From Chromera velia (lineage: Eukaryota), in contig JAHBMJ010000331.1 of assembly GCA_018398765.1 (NCBI GenBank), positions 1 to 50,345 of the forward strand: a DNA stretch of 50,345 bases, in the 5' to 3' direction. Below are positions 21,418-36,400 of the stretch, one piece after another (positions within the stretch are counted from its first letter, which is position 1; each line of letters begins with the position of its first letter). The translations under genes and the position numbers were made by a program. Below the pieces are notes generated by a model. The model had not been told where the DNA came from. It saw only the letters and a list, made by a program, of their open reading frames with translations, and did no database searches.

Positions 21418-24400
21418 CTCAAAGAGAAAGCACCCGTTATCTCTGAACGCAATCACAGACTGGTGATTTTCAGAACAATCTTTCCACTCCCTCATTCGTT
21501 TATTGCTCTTCTTTCTCGCTGGATGTTTCTTTCTGCAGGCCCAGCAGATTCTCCGAACTGCCCGCGACGTCGTCAACTCAGCCGCAGAGCAGGTTGTCAA
21601 CAGAGGGGTCACTCCAAAACTTTTGCGTGTCCTCAAAGACGGGTTTGCTCAAGAATCTCTGGAGAAACTTTGGCGCCTGGCGAATCCAACCAACGTTTCA
21701 GTGGGCGTCACGAGTTCCCTCTCGGAAGCTTTTGTGTCCTGCTTTGAGGGCATCGAATTCTTAGCCGACCTCACGGAAACACTGAAGGGTCTTCACGACG
21801 TCGCAACACTCGCTTTGAAGGGAGGCGGGGGGTTAAAGCAGAATGGCGACGGTCTGAGGGACAGGCTGGGGCAGTTGAGGGAGGGCCTGAGATGTCTCTC
21901 GGCTGTTCTTTCAGCTGACAGGGACGACCTCCCTCTTCGGTCAGGAAGTGCCTTGAGTCCTTCTGTCTTCTGTCGAGACCCTCCTGTTCTGTGACAATCG
22001 TTGTTCAGTGTTTCCTTTCCTTGTCATGATCTCACTCAATATGCTCCCCACCTCACTCGCGGATGGAAATGTGCGCAGGGAACATTTTGATAACTTTCCC
22101 CTACCTGCGAATGCAGAGTTTATTGATTAGTTTCGCTCTGCACCTTGATTGTTCCGGATTCGTTTGGTACTGTGTGGGATAGCGGCATGGACAGAATTCG
22201 AGTGCACACTTTTATGGCTTGTGCATCGAGATCAATTTTCTGTTTTCTTTCTCTCGCATGCTATCAATGCTGAGCGACTGCAGTGCTCTCGTGTCGGTTG
22301 GTGACGATGGACGGATGGCCTCGAAGTTCTTTCACGTGGAGGCAGACAGAGTGGAGGGGCTGCGAGAGGCCTTGCAGGGCGTGCGCGAGTCCCGTCTCGT
22401 TGGGGGAATCTTCCAGCAGTGCGTACGAGAGGTTGGAGCAGGGGTGCTGGGGGAGTCGCAGAACGGGCTTGATGGGGTGTCGGGACTCGTGGATTCTTTC
22501 GTTGACTGCGTGTGGCCGGTCGTGAAGATTCGAGCACACAAGGTGGTGGAAGACTTCAGGGCGGGGACAATGACTGTCGGGATGTGTAGGCAGGTGTTCA
22601 AGCTCTGCTGTGAAGAGGAGGGGAGGCACGGGGGCATCGCGAAAGTCGTGGACGCAGTGGAAGAAGCGGTCGGTCGGTGGGGCACAGGTTTGAATCAACT
22701 AATGAGATTAATTGTGTGTGAACCTGTGCAATTAAGTGATGACCGGTGCTTGATTGTACTCGCTCGCTTCTTTGTTGTTGAGGTTGTCGACCCCATGCAT
22801 GCACGCAGGAAGGAGATTCCTGTATCAGAAGCAACCGCTCCCCCTGATTTGCTTTGTCTGCTCTTTGTGTGCAGAGCCGTGCCGTTCAACTTGGGCTGCG
22901 ACCTCTTGGTGAGAGTCTGTGCAAGCAGAGACGGAGGCAGCTGGAGGCTTTTGCGGTTCTGTCGCCCCCCTTTTTGGAAGGTGGGCTTCTGTCATCATCA
23001 CTCACTCATGCAGTTAGCATATTCGCATGTAATATTTGCCTCCCTGCAAACAAAACTGTGCAGCTTCTTCGTGTTGCCCGGCTTTCCGTGGTCTCTTATT
23101 CATGTGTTTACTCTATTGTGTCGATGCAGCCTTTTTGGTTTGCTTCTCCGTGCCGTGCGTGCAGATGTGCGACGGGTTTTGCGTCTCCGAGAAGTTTTCG
23201 GTCTCTCTGCCTCCTTTGACTCTCTGGAGCACATCTTGACAGGAGGAGAGGGAGGCAAGGCGCTGTTCCCGTCAGACCGCCTGCCTCTGAACACGATGAG
23301 AGTCTCGACTCTCCAAGCAGTCGAGAACATTCGGAACGTGAGGGACGCCTCGGTTGTCTGGGGGAGACACGGGCAAAGTGGCAGTGGGGAGGGCAGGCCC
23401 GGCTTCTTGAGGGGAGTCGGGGTTTCTCAGCTGAGTGGCATGATGGCTTTAGTGGAGCAGCTGACATCTCACAGACCCAGCGGTGAATTTTGCCGTTTTG
23501 TTCGTGACCTTTTCGGAACTCCTGACGAGGCCAAGAGTCTGGTTTTCCTCGCCCAGGGTGCAGGAGACTCTGACATGGAGCTCGACAGGGTGATGTTCCT
23601 CGATCGGGTCGTGTCCTCTCTCGCCCCTCTGATCTTCCTCTCTTCCGACTCGACATGGGATGGTGTGGGACAGGCTCTGATGAGAGTAGCAGAAGGAAGT
23701 GCAAAGGCAGGGGACAGGCAAACGCTTTTGAAGGACCTGAGAGAACTGTCACGAGATGAAGAGAAACTCTGGATAAAACACTTGAGGGACACGTTTGGAA
23801 TGGGTGAGTGCCACATTTCAGAATTCTGTATGAAAATGAATGCATGGATGATATGGGTGAGTGAGTGTCTCAAGCAACGTTCGCATGACTGGAAAAGTTC
23901 TGACGTGTGTTTTTTTCACTGCATGAGCACTTTCTTACACCAACCAGGAACCTTCTCGTATCCGGTTCGACTCCTCCCGTTCCAAAGCTTCAGTGCGTAC
24001 TTGTTGTTCTGGCTTGTCTGGTTGCTTTCTGTAGCCGTCAACACCCATCTCTCTCTCATGCATGCACGCAGTCTGGCTGCACGAGAGAGGCAGTCTCCCT
24101 TTTGGTCGTTTTCTTCCTGCACCTGTGGTTGATCAATCTCGTGTCCTGAATCTATCTCCTCTCCTGTATGTGTGCATGTATGTGTGTGTGCAGATGATGG
24201 GCTGACCCTGAAGGCCCTCGGGGAGATCCAGGAAGGGGGTGTGTTCACTCTCAGGGCTGCGCAGAGCATCGCGACTCTGTCTGACAAGGACGGGAGTTGC
24301 TGCAGCAGTATGGGTGGGGGGACTTCTGCCCTAGCTGCTGCTGTTTCTTTCTCGGTCGTCGAGGCGTCCTCTTGCGCCCCCTCTCTGGCAGTTCCTGTCT

Positions 24401-27400
24401 TCCCTTCCTACGCTGACACGACTGCCATTGCGAGGGCGCTTGGCAGCCAGCTGCAGCAGCAGGGAGGGGGACGGAGCGGGTCCGGGCAGGCGCTGCGCTC
24501 TGTGTGTGAGGTGATGGGTGCGATTCGCGTAAGGGGGGAGGGAGATATTGAAGACCTCCACAACCGTCTGATGCTCGCTGCGTCTGTGAAGCAGAATGAG
24601 CTTTGTTGTCGGACTTATAGAGCGTGTGTGGAAGCTCTCTTCTCTCTCCGGGGGCCTTTGGAGGCTCTCTCCCGTTCCGCCTGCCCTCTCTCAAACTCTC
24701 TTCTTCTCTCTGTTCCATTCCCAAAAATCAAACAACCACCTGAAGAAGAAGAAGAAGAACAAACGGGGGCAACAAAAACTGGTCGTGATGGTCCCTCCTG
24801 CGTGGCTGTCCTCTGCTATGGGTGGGGGGGTGAACTAGAGGTCTGTCTGAGTGCGCCGCCATCTCTCGGAAGGGCGAACCAAAGAGACACACAGACAGCC
24901 GATGACTTCTCAGATGAGAGGGAAAATCCCCCCGCCGCTGTGGGGACTGAGACTGCTCTTCGCGGTTTGCGCGCATGGCTCCGTTCTGTTCACGATGAAT
25001 GGGAACAGTGTGTAGAGGAACTGCGCACACGTTTTCCCGTCTTCAATGCGCTCACAAACCGCCAGCTCGTCTTTTTGTCTGCCAAGCTTCCGTCATTTCT
25101 TCGAGGAGGGACGAGGGAGCAGCTGGTGCCGGAGGAGACTCACCAAGTCTGCCAGCTGTTGCACGTGGCTACAGCCGCATGCGGTGGGGCAGGACAGGGA
25201 GGACGGGGAGATGCACGTGACACAGGCATGGTGGCACGCGAATTGGCGCGGCTTCATGGGTATGTCACGTCAGACGTTGACATGCTGGGAGGTGGGGTGG
25301 AAGTTCGGGGAATTGGTTTGCATGGCGGATCTCAGCTTGCGCCGATCGACGTTGACGCCTCGCCTTTTAGGCCTGTGTGTGTAGAGATTGAAGACTCAGA
25401 GAGGGGCGATGGTGACTCGGACGTTGTGATGGTGGATGTATCTGAAGTCCAAATTCAATCATCTGCTCAGAGCCCTCGGGGGGGATTGACTGAGTCCCAG
25501 CTGGAATCTCTGAAGAGGTCGTGGGGCCTCTTCCTGAAAAGAATGAGAGCAGAAACGGACAGCCTGCCGCCCCCCCCAAAAGGGCAAAAACCAGACGGAG
25601 AGAGTGCCCTGATGAGCCTCGCTTCCCTCGGCGCATTCCTCCACCTCCTGCAGCAACAGAATCAATCAGAGACCTCGGCCTCTCCGTCTCCATCTGCGGA
25701 GGCCGCCTTGTTTCACTCAGGGGGCTTTGCGTCTTCCTCCCCCGTCTCGAGTGCTGCATCGCCTCCTCCTCTTCCTCCGTACATCCGGCGAAACAATTTG
25801 GTGTCCCTGGTCTTGTGCCCAAGAGACGCAGTGTACGCGGCCGTGCTCGGCCTCTGGGCGGACCTGCCCGGAGAGTCCCGCAGACTACCGCGGGGAGATG
25901 AGGTCTTCGTGTGCTCTGGTCACACAACCAGTCAGTGCAGAAAGGAGGGTGGGGACTCAGTCAGCTGCATGGCCGGTATGTGAAGGGTCTGTTTACCCTT
26001 TCAGCCATGCAGAGATTGTTTGAAAGCATGAGAGAGAGAGAGAGAGAGAGAGAGCCAATCCATGGATGGTCCTGTGAGGTGCGGTTTTGCTTGATTCAAG
26101 TTTTGCTTAATTGATTGGCGGGCTTTCTTGTGACCTCGAAGTAGCTTTCTTTTCTTTCACGTCTCTTTTCTTTTGCCGTCTTTGTCCATACTATATCCTT
26201 AGCATTTCCAAGTTTTGCTTCATGTGTCGACAATCGGATGTTGTGCCTATTCGTGGGCTTCGGTGACAGATTACCAATCAGGGTAAGTGATCTCGAATGC
26301 ATTATTCTCTAAATCCTCCCTGTGTGTCGGTCGGAATGCATGCATGCAGGAGAAGAATTGTCAGTCTTCGTCCGCCACGCTTTTGAAGGTCGCGGGGCCC
26401 TGTTTGTCCTCGTCGGAGTCGAGAGACTCTCTTTCGAAGGTCAGAGGAACCGCACCGCCGACTAAATTCGAAATGGATCCATCCGTGTGTCTCTGACATT
26501 CGTGAAACTTCGGACAAATTGTCTGTCTACGGTATGAACTTGATCTGATGCTCTGCTCAGGACGCCTTTCACTTTTCACTGTCACTTTGCGTGTGAGGCT
26601 CCTCACTTGCTTCCTACTCTATTTTTTTGTTGCAGCTGCAAAACATTGCAGTGACGCAATCGGGACCCTCACCGAAAGCCTTGACCATTCTTCCCGTCTC
26701 CACCCCCCTCTGGTGATCATCTGCCCCGTTGAGGACTCCGATTGCTCCCTCCTTTCCAGCAGATTCAACGACTGCCTCGTCCACACGCCACACAGCAGCA
26801 ACAGCAGCAGCAGCAGTGACTCCGGTCAACACGGAAACCTTGGGGTGGCGGGGGGAAGTCGAGGGGTCACTTTTGTAGAAGCCCGACAGGAGCAGTTGAG
26901 AGAGTTCCTTGCAGAGAAACTCCGATTCTCTCCATCTGTCCGTGACAGCTCTCAGCTCGCGTCTCCCCCGATTGTTGACGAGGAGGGTCATTTCTCTGTC
27001 CGAGTTGTTACGTCTGCAGCTGCGGGTATGGGAAAGTCCCTGCTCGTGCTGCGACGTGCAGAGGTCCTTGCAGAGACTCTCCAAGTGCCCTTTCGGAACG
27101 TGTACGTGAAGGTGCCCCTTCACGGCCGAGCTGTTGACGAAGAATCAGTCGTGGACAAATTGATCAGGCAGGACATTGCGCACACCCGTCAGGGGAACTC
27201 CCGGACTCCGCGTGTGCTCCATCTGGTGGTGGGCTCTGAGTGCACTGTGGGTGTGGAGCGTCTGTTGTTTCAACTGGTGGTGCTGGGATGTGTGAGGGAC
27301 TCGGCAGGGCGTGTGTGGACCTTCAGAAACGGAGATTCCCTCTTCGTCGAGTGCACTGCCGACCCCATAGCTCGAAAAGTTCACGAACCCTCCGTAGGCG

Positions 27401-30400
27401 CATGTGCCCGTGTGTCTGAACGTCGTCTGTCAGGTCTCGCAGCTGGCGGTCAGGTTGTGAACCTCTTTCCTCGGGTCGTCTGCAGAAGTCCCAGAGAGGT
27501 TCTGGAGGACCTGCGGGGGGGGAGGTCTCTGTCGTCTTCGTCTCTCGATTTGGGTTTCGATGGGGAAACTCTGAAGAATCGGGCACAGCTGCCTTGCCAG
27601 TACTTGTCCAGGTCGGCCAATCAGTGAAGCAACCAGTTGTTTAGTGAGATTGTCAGTAAAAAAGAAAAAGAGAAAGAAAGGGGAAGGAATGGATGAATGA
27701 AGGAGGAATTCCATCAAAGCGAGAAATTTGAAGAGCATTGGAGTAGGAGGGAAATCGACAGGCGAGAGACACACATAGTCTAGTTACTTGTTGACTGTCA
27801 GTCAGAAATCCAAAGGAGAATTTTGAGGTGCACGTCCTGTTGAATGCTCTTCATCGCTGCGTGCATGCATGCGTCGAATTCAGATACGAGGCCGGAGAGA
27901 ATCTGGACTACTATTCCTTCGAGCCCGAGCAGAGCTGGACTTCAGAAGCTGAACTGACCGCGTACGAGTGTCTGACGGTCCTCACGAACAACTGCAGCCT
28001 TTGCGACCCGACGTGGCGTGACCTTTCGAACTTCCTCTCTTTCCTCTACGAGCAGTTGAGCCGGTGCGAGGGGAATGTGTTCTGTCATGTCCCGGAAGAT
28101 CTGCCTGGCTTCAAGCAGTTTGTGGTTAGACACTTGATTCAGATGTCCAGGGACTTCACGATTGCATCTCTGACCGTGAATGACGATGCATTGGGGCCGT
28201 CACTCCGTCGGAAGGCAGAGGGAAGAGAAGAAGACGACGAAGACGAAGAGATGGTTGCTGCGGGGCAGCCTCGTCAGTCTCGTCCACCACTGCTGCAGGA
28301 GATGAGGAGAAACTGGGAGAGCTCTCCCCACCCTTACCTTTTCTTTAACTCGGACGGCACTTCTTTCTCTTTCCTTGGCATGACGGTTTCGAAGGCAGGC
28401 CACCTGAAGGACCAGCACGGAAATGTCGTGGAGGATCGCATCATGACCCCCGAACTGCGGAGGGCGCTGGATGACCAGTGTATTCAAGGAGTGATCAACC
28501 CTTTTTCGGAATCGTGTCGATTCAATGCCCTCGACAAGGCACAAAAAATTGAGGTCAGCCGGGGACATCAACTATTCGCCTTCAGCGTACGAAAGCACGA
28601 CGATAGCTTTTTGTTGATGCGCATGTATGCATTGGGATTTTTTTCGCAATTGTTTGCCAGCTTCACACCAGCTCTCTTATCAAACAATTCACATCGATTT
28701 GAGCTAGGGCTGTCAAGGAAATTTTTCTGACCGGCTTGACTACAGCAACGGACCGCATAGACTGCATGCGTCAAGTGATTTCAGTTGGATTGTAGCACCG
28801 AGGAGGAGCATTTGCTTGATCGAGATTGGCTTCAAAGCGCAAAGCTTCGTATGGCTTAACGTTTCTGATTTCTCCTGCATGCATGCGGTACATTGATTAT
28901 TTCCTTTCATGCAGTTCCTGGGGCGTGTGATGGGTCTTGACTACCCTCACGATCCTGACGAGAGATTCGAACTGACGGAGGACAACGCACAGAAGATGAT
29001 GGCTGTGGAGATGCGGAGACGGTGTGGGATCCCGGCAGTGACCATGGGAGAGACTGGATGTGGAAAGACTGCACTCCTCACCTACAGATCCGGTTCGTGC
29101 ACGGCTTGAGTTGGCGCTGAATTATTCAGCATAAGAAGAAACGAAACGGGTGTAGGAATGCAGGAATGCAAGGGCATTCATGCACGCTGTGAGAAGTCAG
29201 GGGTGCAAGGACGCACAGTACGGATTTAGGCGAGTGTCTGATCAAGGGGTTCAATGGTGCAGTCGTGCAGAATTATTCAGAAAGAGCAGCGGGAAACAGG
29301 AGAGAGGGATCGATGCGTGACAGTTGCATGTTTCTCTTCATTTGACAGGGGGTCTCTCTCCGGGGAAAGCGGCAGCGGGCTCAACCAATTGATATGTATG
29401 TATGTATGTAAACAAAAACGTGTCACTTCTACGCTCTCGACACATGACATTGTGTGCAGCGTTAAAGATGCCGCCTGGAGTGAGCAGCCTGGGGGACAGG
29501 GAGGCGCCGCCGAACTTGATCACTTTGAGAATCCATGGAGGCACAAAGGTTGATGACGTACGTCTTGTTGTTGAAATTGCTGAACAGCGGGCGGAGGAGA
29601 ACTGGAGGGAGTGGCAGATAGAGGAGACGACCGTGTTCTTTGATGAGGTCAGTGATCGAGGTGTTGTGAGGGGGTGGATCTCCATCGGCAGCTATGGATC
29701 GAGGGAAGCCTGGCTAAAGAACAAGTAATTGCGTGTCGGACAGACGAACCATGCAGGCGTTTGTGTGTTTCCAAATTGGCCTCGGAATGTATTCCGTTTC
29801 TTTTGGCTTGCCTGTCTGCCTGCCTGCCTGCCTGCCTGCCTTCAGGTGAACGCTTCTGACGAGGCTGTGGTTGGACTCGTGAAGGAAATTCTCTGCGACG
29901 GGACAGTCGACGGCCGTCCGATCAGGGGGGGTGTCTGCGAGTGGCAGTACAGGGACGGAGGGAGGAGTGCAGCCTGTGGTGGGGGGAATCGGATCCCGGG
30001 GTCTCTTCTTTTCTTTGTGGCCGCGTGCAATCCCTACAGACGGCACTCTGAGGGGATGATCCGGAGACTCGAGGAGGCAGGGCTCGGGTTCAACAAACCC
30101 CAAGCAGAGACAGAGCGACTCGGGGACACACCGCTGAGACACGTCAGTGAATGGGAGGGTGGAGAATTTAGAAGGGGGGAAATTCTGCATGCCGTGCATG
30201 CCTATGCGCAGGTGAATAGAGGGCGAAAGACAATTAAGGAAGTGGAAAGAAAAGCCTTGATTTAAGCTTCTGTGAAAAAGCAAGCTCAACTCTTTTCGGC
30301 AGAGCTCTCGAATCAGCGGAGCCCTTTTCAAATCCCTCTTTGCAAAAAACAAATACTGTGTGGAACAAGGTCACGGGCCGCATCCATGTGATTGACAGGT

Positions 30401-33400
30401 TGCGGCAAAACTCGTACGGGGTGTCATTCATTGTGTCTCCACTTTGTCCCCCTATAAAATTGGACATGTATGATGGCCATATGCAGTTGGTCTATCGCGT
30501 TTGCGCGCTGCCTCCAAGCTTGGCGTCTCTGGTGTGGGACTTCGGGTCCCTCTCTGAGGAGGCCGAGAGGAAGTACGTAGAGAAGATGGCCTTCTCGAGA
30601 CTCAAGGGGGTCGAGGGAGGATCATCATCGAGGGCGGCATCCACACTCGTCGCAACCACACTCACGTGCTGTCAGGCGTTCATGCGAGCACGGCCAGACG
30701 AGTGTGCGTTCGTGTCTCTCCGAAATGTAGAGAGGGCGCTTTCCGGAATCCGTTGGTTCTCTGGCAAGCTCGGCCTCTTGGACGAGAGCGTCGGTGAGGA
30801 AAGGGGAGGTACAGCTCCTGATGGTTTAGCGACACGCGGCCATGCAGTCACCCCGGTAGCGACCGCAGCAGCAGCAGCTGTGGGGGGACGGAGTGCCGCA
30901 GCTACTCCTCGGAAAGTGCCTTCGTCCTCTTTCTCCACGAGCATGACCCGGCTTCATGATGTTGATGTCGAGGAGGGAAGAAAGGGGTCGGAGGCATCGG
31001 ACGACGTTGAGATGGTGGAGGAAGAGTCGGTTGACGAAATGGAAGAGGAGAGGTTCGTTGGGGGGGGCCTCTCGAGACAGTCTCTAAGGGGTTCGGTGGC
31101 CTCGTCAAGTTCCGGTCTTCTTTCTGAAGGATTTCTCAGATCCTTGCTGCTGTCCGTAGGGGCCTTCTACTGCACAAGCCTGGCCGACGCAGAAAGCAGG
31201 GAGCGCTTTTCCGCAGAGGTCGCCAAGGCCCTGCGCTCGTGTGGCTGTGCTCAGGTGGAAGACTCTGCAGTCGTTGACGAACTAGAGAGAGCTCAGCACG
31301 CAATGTTTGCGGAGACTCGAGACGGATTGGAGGGGAAAGACATTGCAGCAAACGCAGCACTTCTGGAAAGTCAGTGAGTAGTTCTACTCTCAGCAAGTGC
31401 ATGGGGACTGGAGCTATAAGCCGGGCATGCGCTCTATTCATGATCTCTGCTCTGACAATTTTCAAGACCGAAGGAGACCATGCTGTACTGCTGCTGACGG
31501 CTTTTTGAACAATGCGTTGTCCTCCACCTTTTCTTGTTGAAAATTTGCCTTGTAGTATTTATTTGTCGCCGTCTTCTTGACTCCTGTGTGTCTGTGCATG
31601 CATGCAGACTTGTTCATGATGGTAGTGTGTGCTGACATGCGCATCCCCCTTTTCGTCATCGGTCGGCCTGGTTCCTCAAAGTCTTTGGCGAAGGCCCTCC
31701 TTTCCCAGGCGATGAAGGGTCCCGCTCTCTCCGTGTCACCCCTGTTCAGATCCCTCAAAGAGGCCAAGCTCGTGTCTTATCAGTGTTCACCCCTGTCCAC
31801 TGCCGAAGGAATCATTGGCGTGTTCGACCGAGCTGCAAAGCTGCAGAAGGGCAAAGACCTCGAGAACGTCGTCGGCATTGCAGTGCTGGATGAAGTTGCT
31901 CTGGCTGAAGAGTGTCCTCAGAAGCCCTTAAAGCCTCTGCATGGACTCCTTGACGATGGCGTCGCGTCTGGGGGTGCGGGGCGGGGGGGACAGTCTGAAG
32001 TCTGGAGGAAGGTGGCCACGATTGCGATTTCCAACTGGGCGGTCGATCCGGCCAAGACCAACAGAGGTGCTCTCCTTGTGAGGCCGGTCCCTTCGAAGAA
32101 AGACCTGGTCGCCACAGCCCGAAAAATCGCTAGAGCAGGGGGCGAGGTTTTCCCGAATATGTTCAAAGTTTTGGAGAGGGACCTGAAGGGAGCCACAGAG
32201 GCTTTCGACGAGTTGTGCCGTCTGCAGCATCGAGAGTGTTATGGCCTGAGGGACTTCTGGGCTTTGATCAAAATGATGAAGGAGATAGCAAGACGAAGAA
32301 TGGGGGAGCTGACGAGGACCGATGTTGCTTATGCTGTGCGCCGCAATTTTGGGGGCGGGTTGTTGGAGGCAGAGACGGATCCGCTGACCATCTTTGGTAA
32401 GCACATGAAGTGCAGAGCGGAGTTGGAGGACAACGATTGGGCTGAATTGAGAGAACCCGCTGTGGTGCGTCTGATGAGGGATAACCTCAGAGGCTCTCAT
32501 TCCCCCCACATCCCTTGGTCGTCATCCTCGGTGTTGGGGGAGGGAGGAGAGGACACAACTGCATCGGGTGATGCTCCAGAGGATTGCAGGTCAGAGGAAA
32601 AGACTAGCTTTCTTTCTGTCTTTCTGCCGCTCTCTTAATTGTGCTCATTCCCCCGTACGTCTGCATGAAATCCGCCTCTACGGCCTCCGAGTCGGACCTT
32701 GCATCCTGAGCTTGTGAGTGTTTTGCAAAAGTTTAGCAACCAGAGAGAAGTGCTATGGACCGGGGCTCCGTAACTGTCCTGTGCGTGTCTGCATGGGCAT
32801 TTATTCTGTATGCATATGCGGGTGTGGACGTGTTTGATCGCACACGTACGTGTTGGCGGCTTGAAGTGACTGCAGAGACTGCACTGAGGAAGGAAGTGTT
32901 TTCCTGAGTCTTACTTAATTGTCATTGGTACCATTCAGTCCTCCTTCTGCACACCTCGCTATATGCAGGTACCTCCTCGTAATAACAGAGAATTACTCAG
33001 CGTTGGATATTTTGAAGGAGAGCGTTCTTGCTGCATGGGGGGGAAATGGAAGTGGTGCGTCACCGTCTGGCCTCCTCAGCTCTTCCTCGTCTTCCTCTGC
33101 TGCTGGTGGTGGTGGTGGTGGTGAGATTGACTTCAAGGAGAAGGAGGGGAAACTATCATCTCTGAGTCAGCCTCCTGAGTCCTCCTCCGAGGTCGTTATT
33201 CTCTTCGGGTCCTCATTTCCCGGAGACCTCGAATACTCCACCGTCTGCAGAATGGTTGGTCAGCCAGCTGAGTGAGCTTGGAATTAGGGAATGGCAGGCA
33301 TGCAACTTCTTTCTTTAAAGGCCTTCCTGAGGATGGTCCAGTGCATTCATTGAATTCTGTATGAAAATGGATGCCTTCAACCCTTCATTTGGATCAAATG

Positions 33401-36400
33401 CAGGTCAACCGAGTGAAGGACTGCATGGAGACGGGGAAAACGCTGGTTCTTCTGAATTTAGAGACTCTCTACGAATCGCTCTACGATGCCCTCAACCAAT
33501 ACTTCACTACATTTGCAGGCCAGAGGTCAGCCGCTTGAAAGGGAAGAAGAAAGACGTACTCTGAAGGCTGCATGGGGGAAGCATGCACCTGTGTGTGTGT
33601 GTGAGGGAAAGCTGAGAGGGAAGATGCAGATCTTTACGTCCCTGCAGTTCCATCCGACGGGAGGGACCTTTTCGACAACACTGAAGATGTACGTCTGTCT
33701 CGATTGACTATCTTCTCATTCCTCTGTCTGTCTGTCTGTCTGTCTGTCTGTGTGCCTGCCTTTAATTCCCGACAGATACGTCGATTTGGGTCTCGGGAGT
33801 CAACGAGTGAAGTGTCGGGTCCACCGTTCCTTCCGTCTCCTGGTGGTGGCAGAGGCCTCCCGTGTGGCCGCTTACCCGATCCCCCTGCTTGGCCGTTTGG
33901 AGAAACACAGACTCACTGTGAGAGACCTCCTAGCGAGGCCCGCTCTGGCCCAAACCCTGCAGATAGCATCGCAGTGGGCGCGTGACTTTTCGAAACTTTC
34001 CATCAGACACCGAGATGTCCAGATGCGCATGCGGCCTTCAGTTGCAAATTCAATCGAACCGACACGCGCGTTCGCTTCATATTCTGAAGACACGCTGGCG
34101 GCGATTGTCCTGGCAGAAGCGCGGGATCTTGAAGAGTCCGAAGGAGACGATTTCAAATCTACGGAGGGTCTGTCTTTCGAGGAGAAACTCTTTCTGGCTG
34201 TGAAGAGACGGCTTCTTGACACAGCGCTTCCCGATGCAGTTCTGCGTCTCCCCTTTTCTTGTCTTGCTTTTCAGCCAGAGAAGGAGGATGTGGGGTCCCT
34301 ACAGGCTTCGTATTTCGACGACCCTTCTCATGGTAGTCTGGCGGGGGTTATTTGGCGTCTGTTGAATGAGAGAAAGGAGAGGGAACGGAGCCAGACCCCC
34401 TTTCTTTGTTCTTCTTCAAAGAGCGTCGACTTCTCTTTGATCACCACGAGGTCCCGTTTGGTCGTGCAGGAGGATTTAGAATCTGCGTTTACGTCTGCTC
34501 TTTCTCTCTCTTCTCCTTCTGGCGAGAGGTTGGCACGGTCAGAGTGTACCGGGCGGATCGTGGAGGTCTCCCAGTTCTCTGAGGAGACACAATTCCGACA
34601 ACACCTGACGAAGCAGGCGCTGCCGTCGCTGCTGGAACAAAATGAGAACCAGAACAGCAACTCGAAGGATCGGGATGCGTTCCTTCTCGTGCAATGCGAC
34701 GCCGCAGGGCGGGGGGCTTCCCATCTGTTCGCGTGTGTGCAGACAGTTCTGGAGGAGACGACAAGGGAGGCACTCGACCAAAAGGAGAACCTGAAGAGGG
34801 AAGGAGGGACCTGCCATCTGCACGTGCTTCTCATTGCCCGTCTCTCCCCCCCTGTGCTGGAAGAAGACGGCGAGTCGGAGGTGAGTGGGGAAAGTTCAAC
34901 TTCCACCTGCGGTCTGATGACTGCCATAGGAAGGGGGGGAGTCTGGAGGAGGGCGATCCATGTCGACTTCCTCACCCCCGACAGCTCCCCTCAGATGTTA
35001 CCGCCCCTGACACAACTTCGGACTCTCTCCATGGCAGAGACGTGGCAGGCTGCAGACCTATCACAGCAACGGTCTCTTCTCAGATCCTGTGCGCATGAGG
35101 CGTGCACCCGCATGGCCCCGGGTGCTCCCTCGGCATCGGCACAGAGGGGAGCGGCAGGGCGTCTGCGTTTAGAGATTCTCCTGGAGATTACAGAGGAAGA
35201 AGAAGGAGAAGGCGAGAGAGCCCGACAGGGACTCGGAGCGATTGGCAGAATCGATTGGCAAAGTCGTCTGCTGAGACTGCTCTGTCAGGCGGTGGGGACT
35301 AGACTCATCAGACGGGAGGAGAACGTAACGCTCGCAAGTCCGTCCGTCCAGCTCGATCGACTGATTGTCGGAATTTTGATTTGCAAATTAAGTGCTTCAA
35401 CCCTGTTGTCATTTGTCATTTGATCAATAAAAATGTCCTTCCTTCACCATCGGTTGCATGACAGTATATGAATCACCTTTCCAGCGACAGGTTTCTTTGG
35501 TGACACAAACACAGGCAGAAAGAAAGAAAGCGATTGTGAATGGGGCCCTGCTAAGACGACGCCAAAAACTTTTTTTCCCGTGCGTTGCTTTTGTTTCTGT
35601 ACTTTTCTTGTAAAGGGACCATGCACCAATAGGAAGCGTGTCTTCTCTCGTCTCTGTCTGTCTGTCTGTCTGTCACCTTCTCGTGTCGTTCTCTGTCTGC
35701 AGCTGGGAGACGGAGCCAATGGGTTTCTCTGGCAGCTCTGTCGTCCCTTCAGGGGGTCGGCGGCAGGTTTTCTTCTTTTTCTTCTTCTGGTGTTCATCTG
35801 CAGCTGCAAAGAGCGGAGCGGTGCTTCTCTGAGGCGATGCTGCAGGCTGTGCGGACAGAGATGGCACCGCAGCTGCGGGACGTGGTTGAGGTCCTCGACA
35901 GACAAGCAAACATGAGGCTGGCAGGGAGGGGGATGATGCATTTTGAGTTGTCAGTCAAAACAAACATGACCTTTACGAAGACAGAAGCGAACAGTGGTGC
36001 ATGTGAAGCATTTAATTCTCCTCACTCACCTCATCCGTGCTCGTGAATTCTTTCTCCGACGGTACATGTCCTCTTCTTCCATTCTTCTTTTGACTACTTT
36101 CGCTCGAGGTCAACGCGCGCCGCAATTGATGGACACACAACCCTTCCTCCTTTCCTTCCCTTTTCCCTTTCTGTTTGCCTGAGTGGTGCCTGTCTGCAGA
36201 GGGGCTCAGAGGGAAATTGCCAAAGGACTTCCCCGGTGGTCAACGGAGGTCTGGTTCCGTCTTGCTGCTGTGGAGTTGCAAGACTGGCGACAAGGAGGGG
36301 GGGAGGCGGAGGCGGTCCAACTCGTCTCATCTGTCCCTGTCTCGTTTGTGCACTTTCCCTTTGCATGGAGAGTCGCGGAGGTTTTGGACACTCTCACAGC

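Noticed and set aside
26990..33920. Dynein heavy chain or midasin assignment
   Set aside because: RNF213-specific motifs (GSSKSLA, SYQCSPLST, FGSSFP-x-D, LYDALNQ, YVDLGLG) plus the RING and RZ finger fit RNF213.
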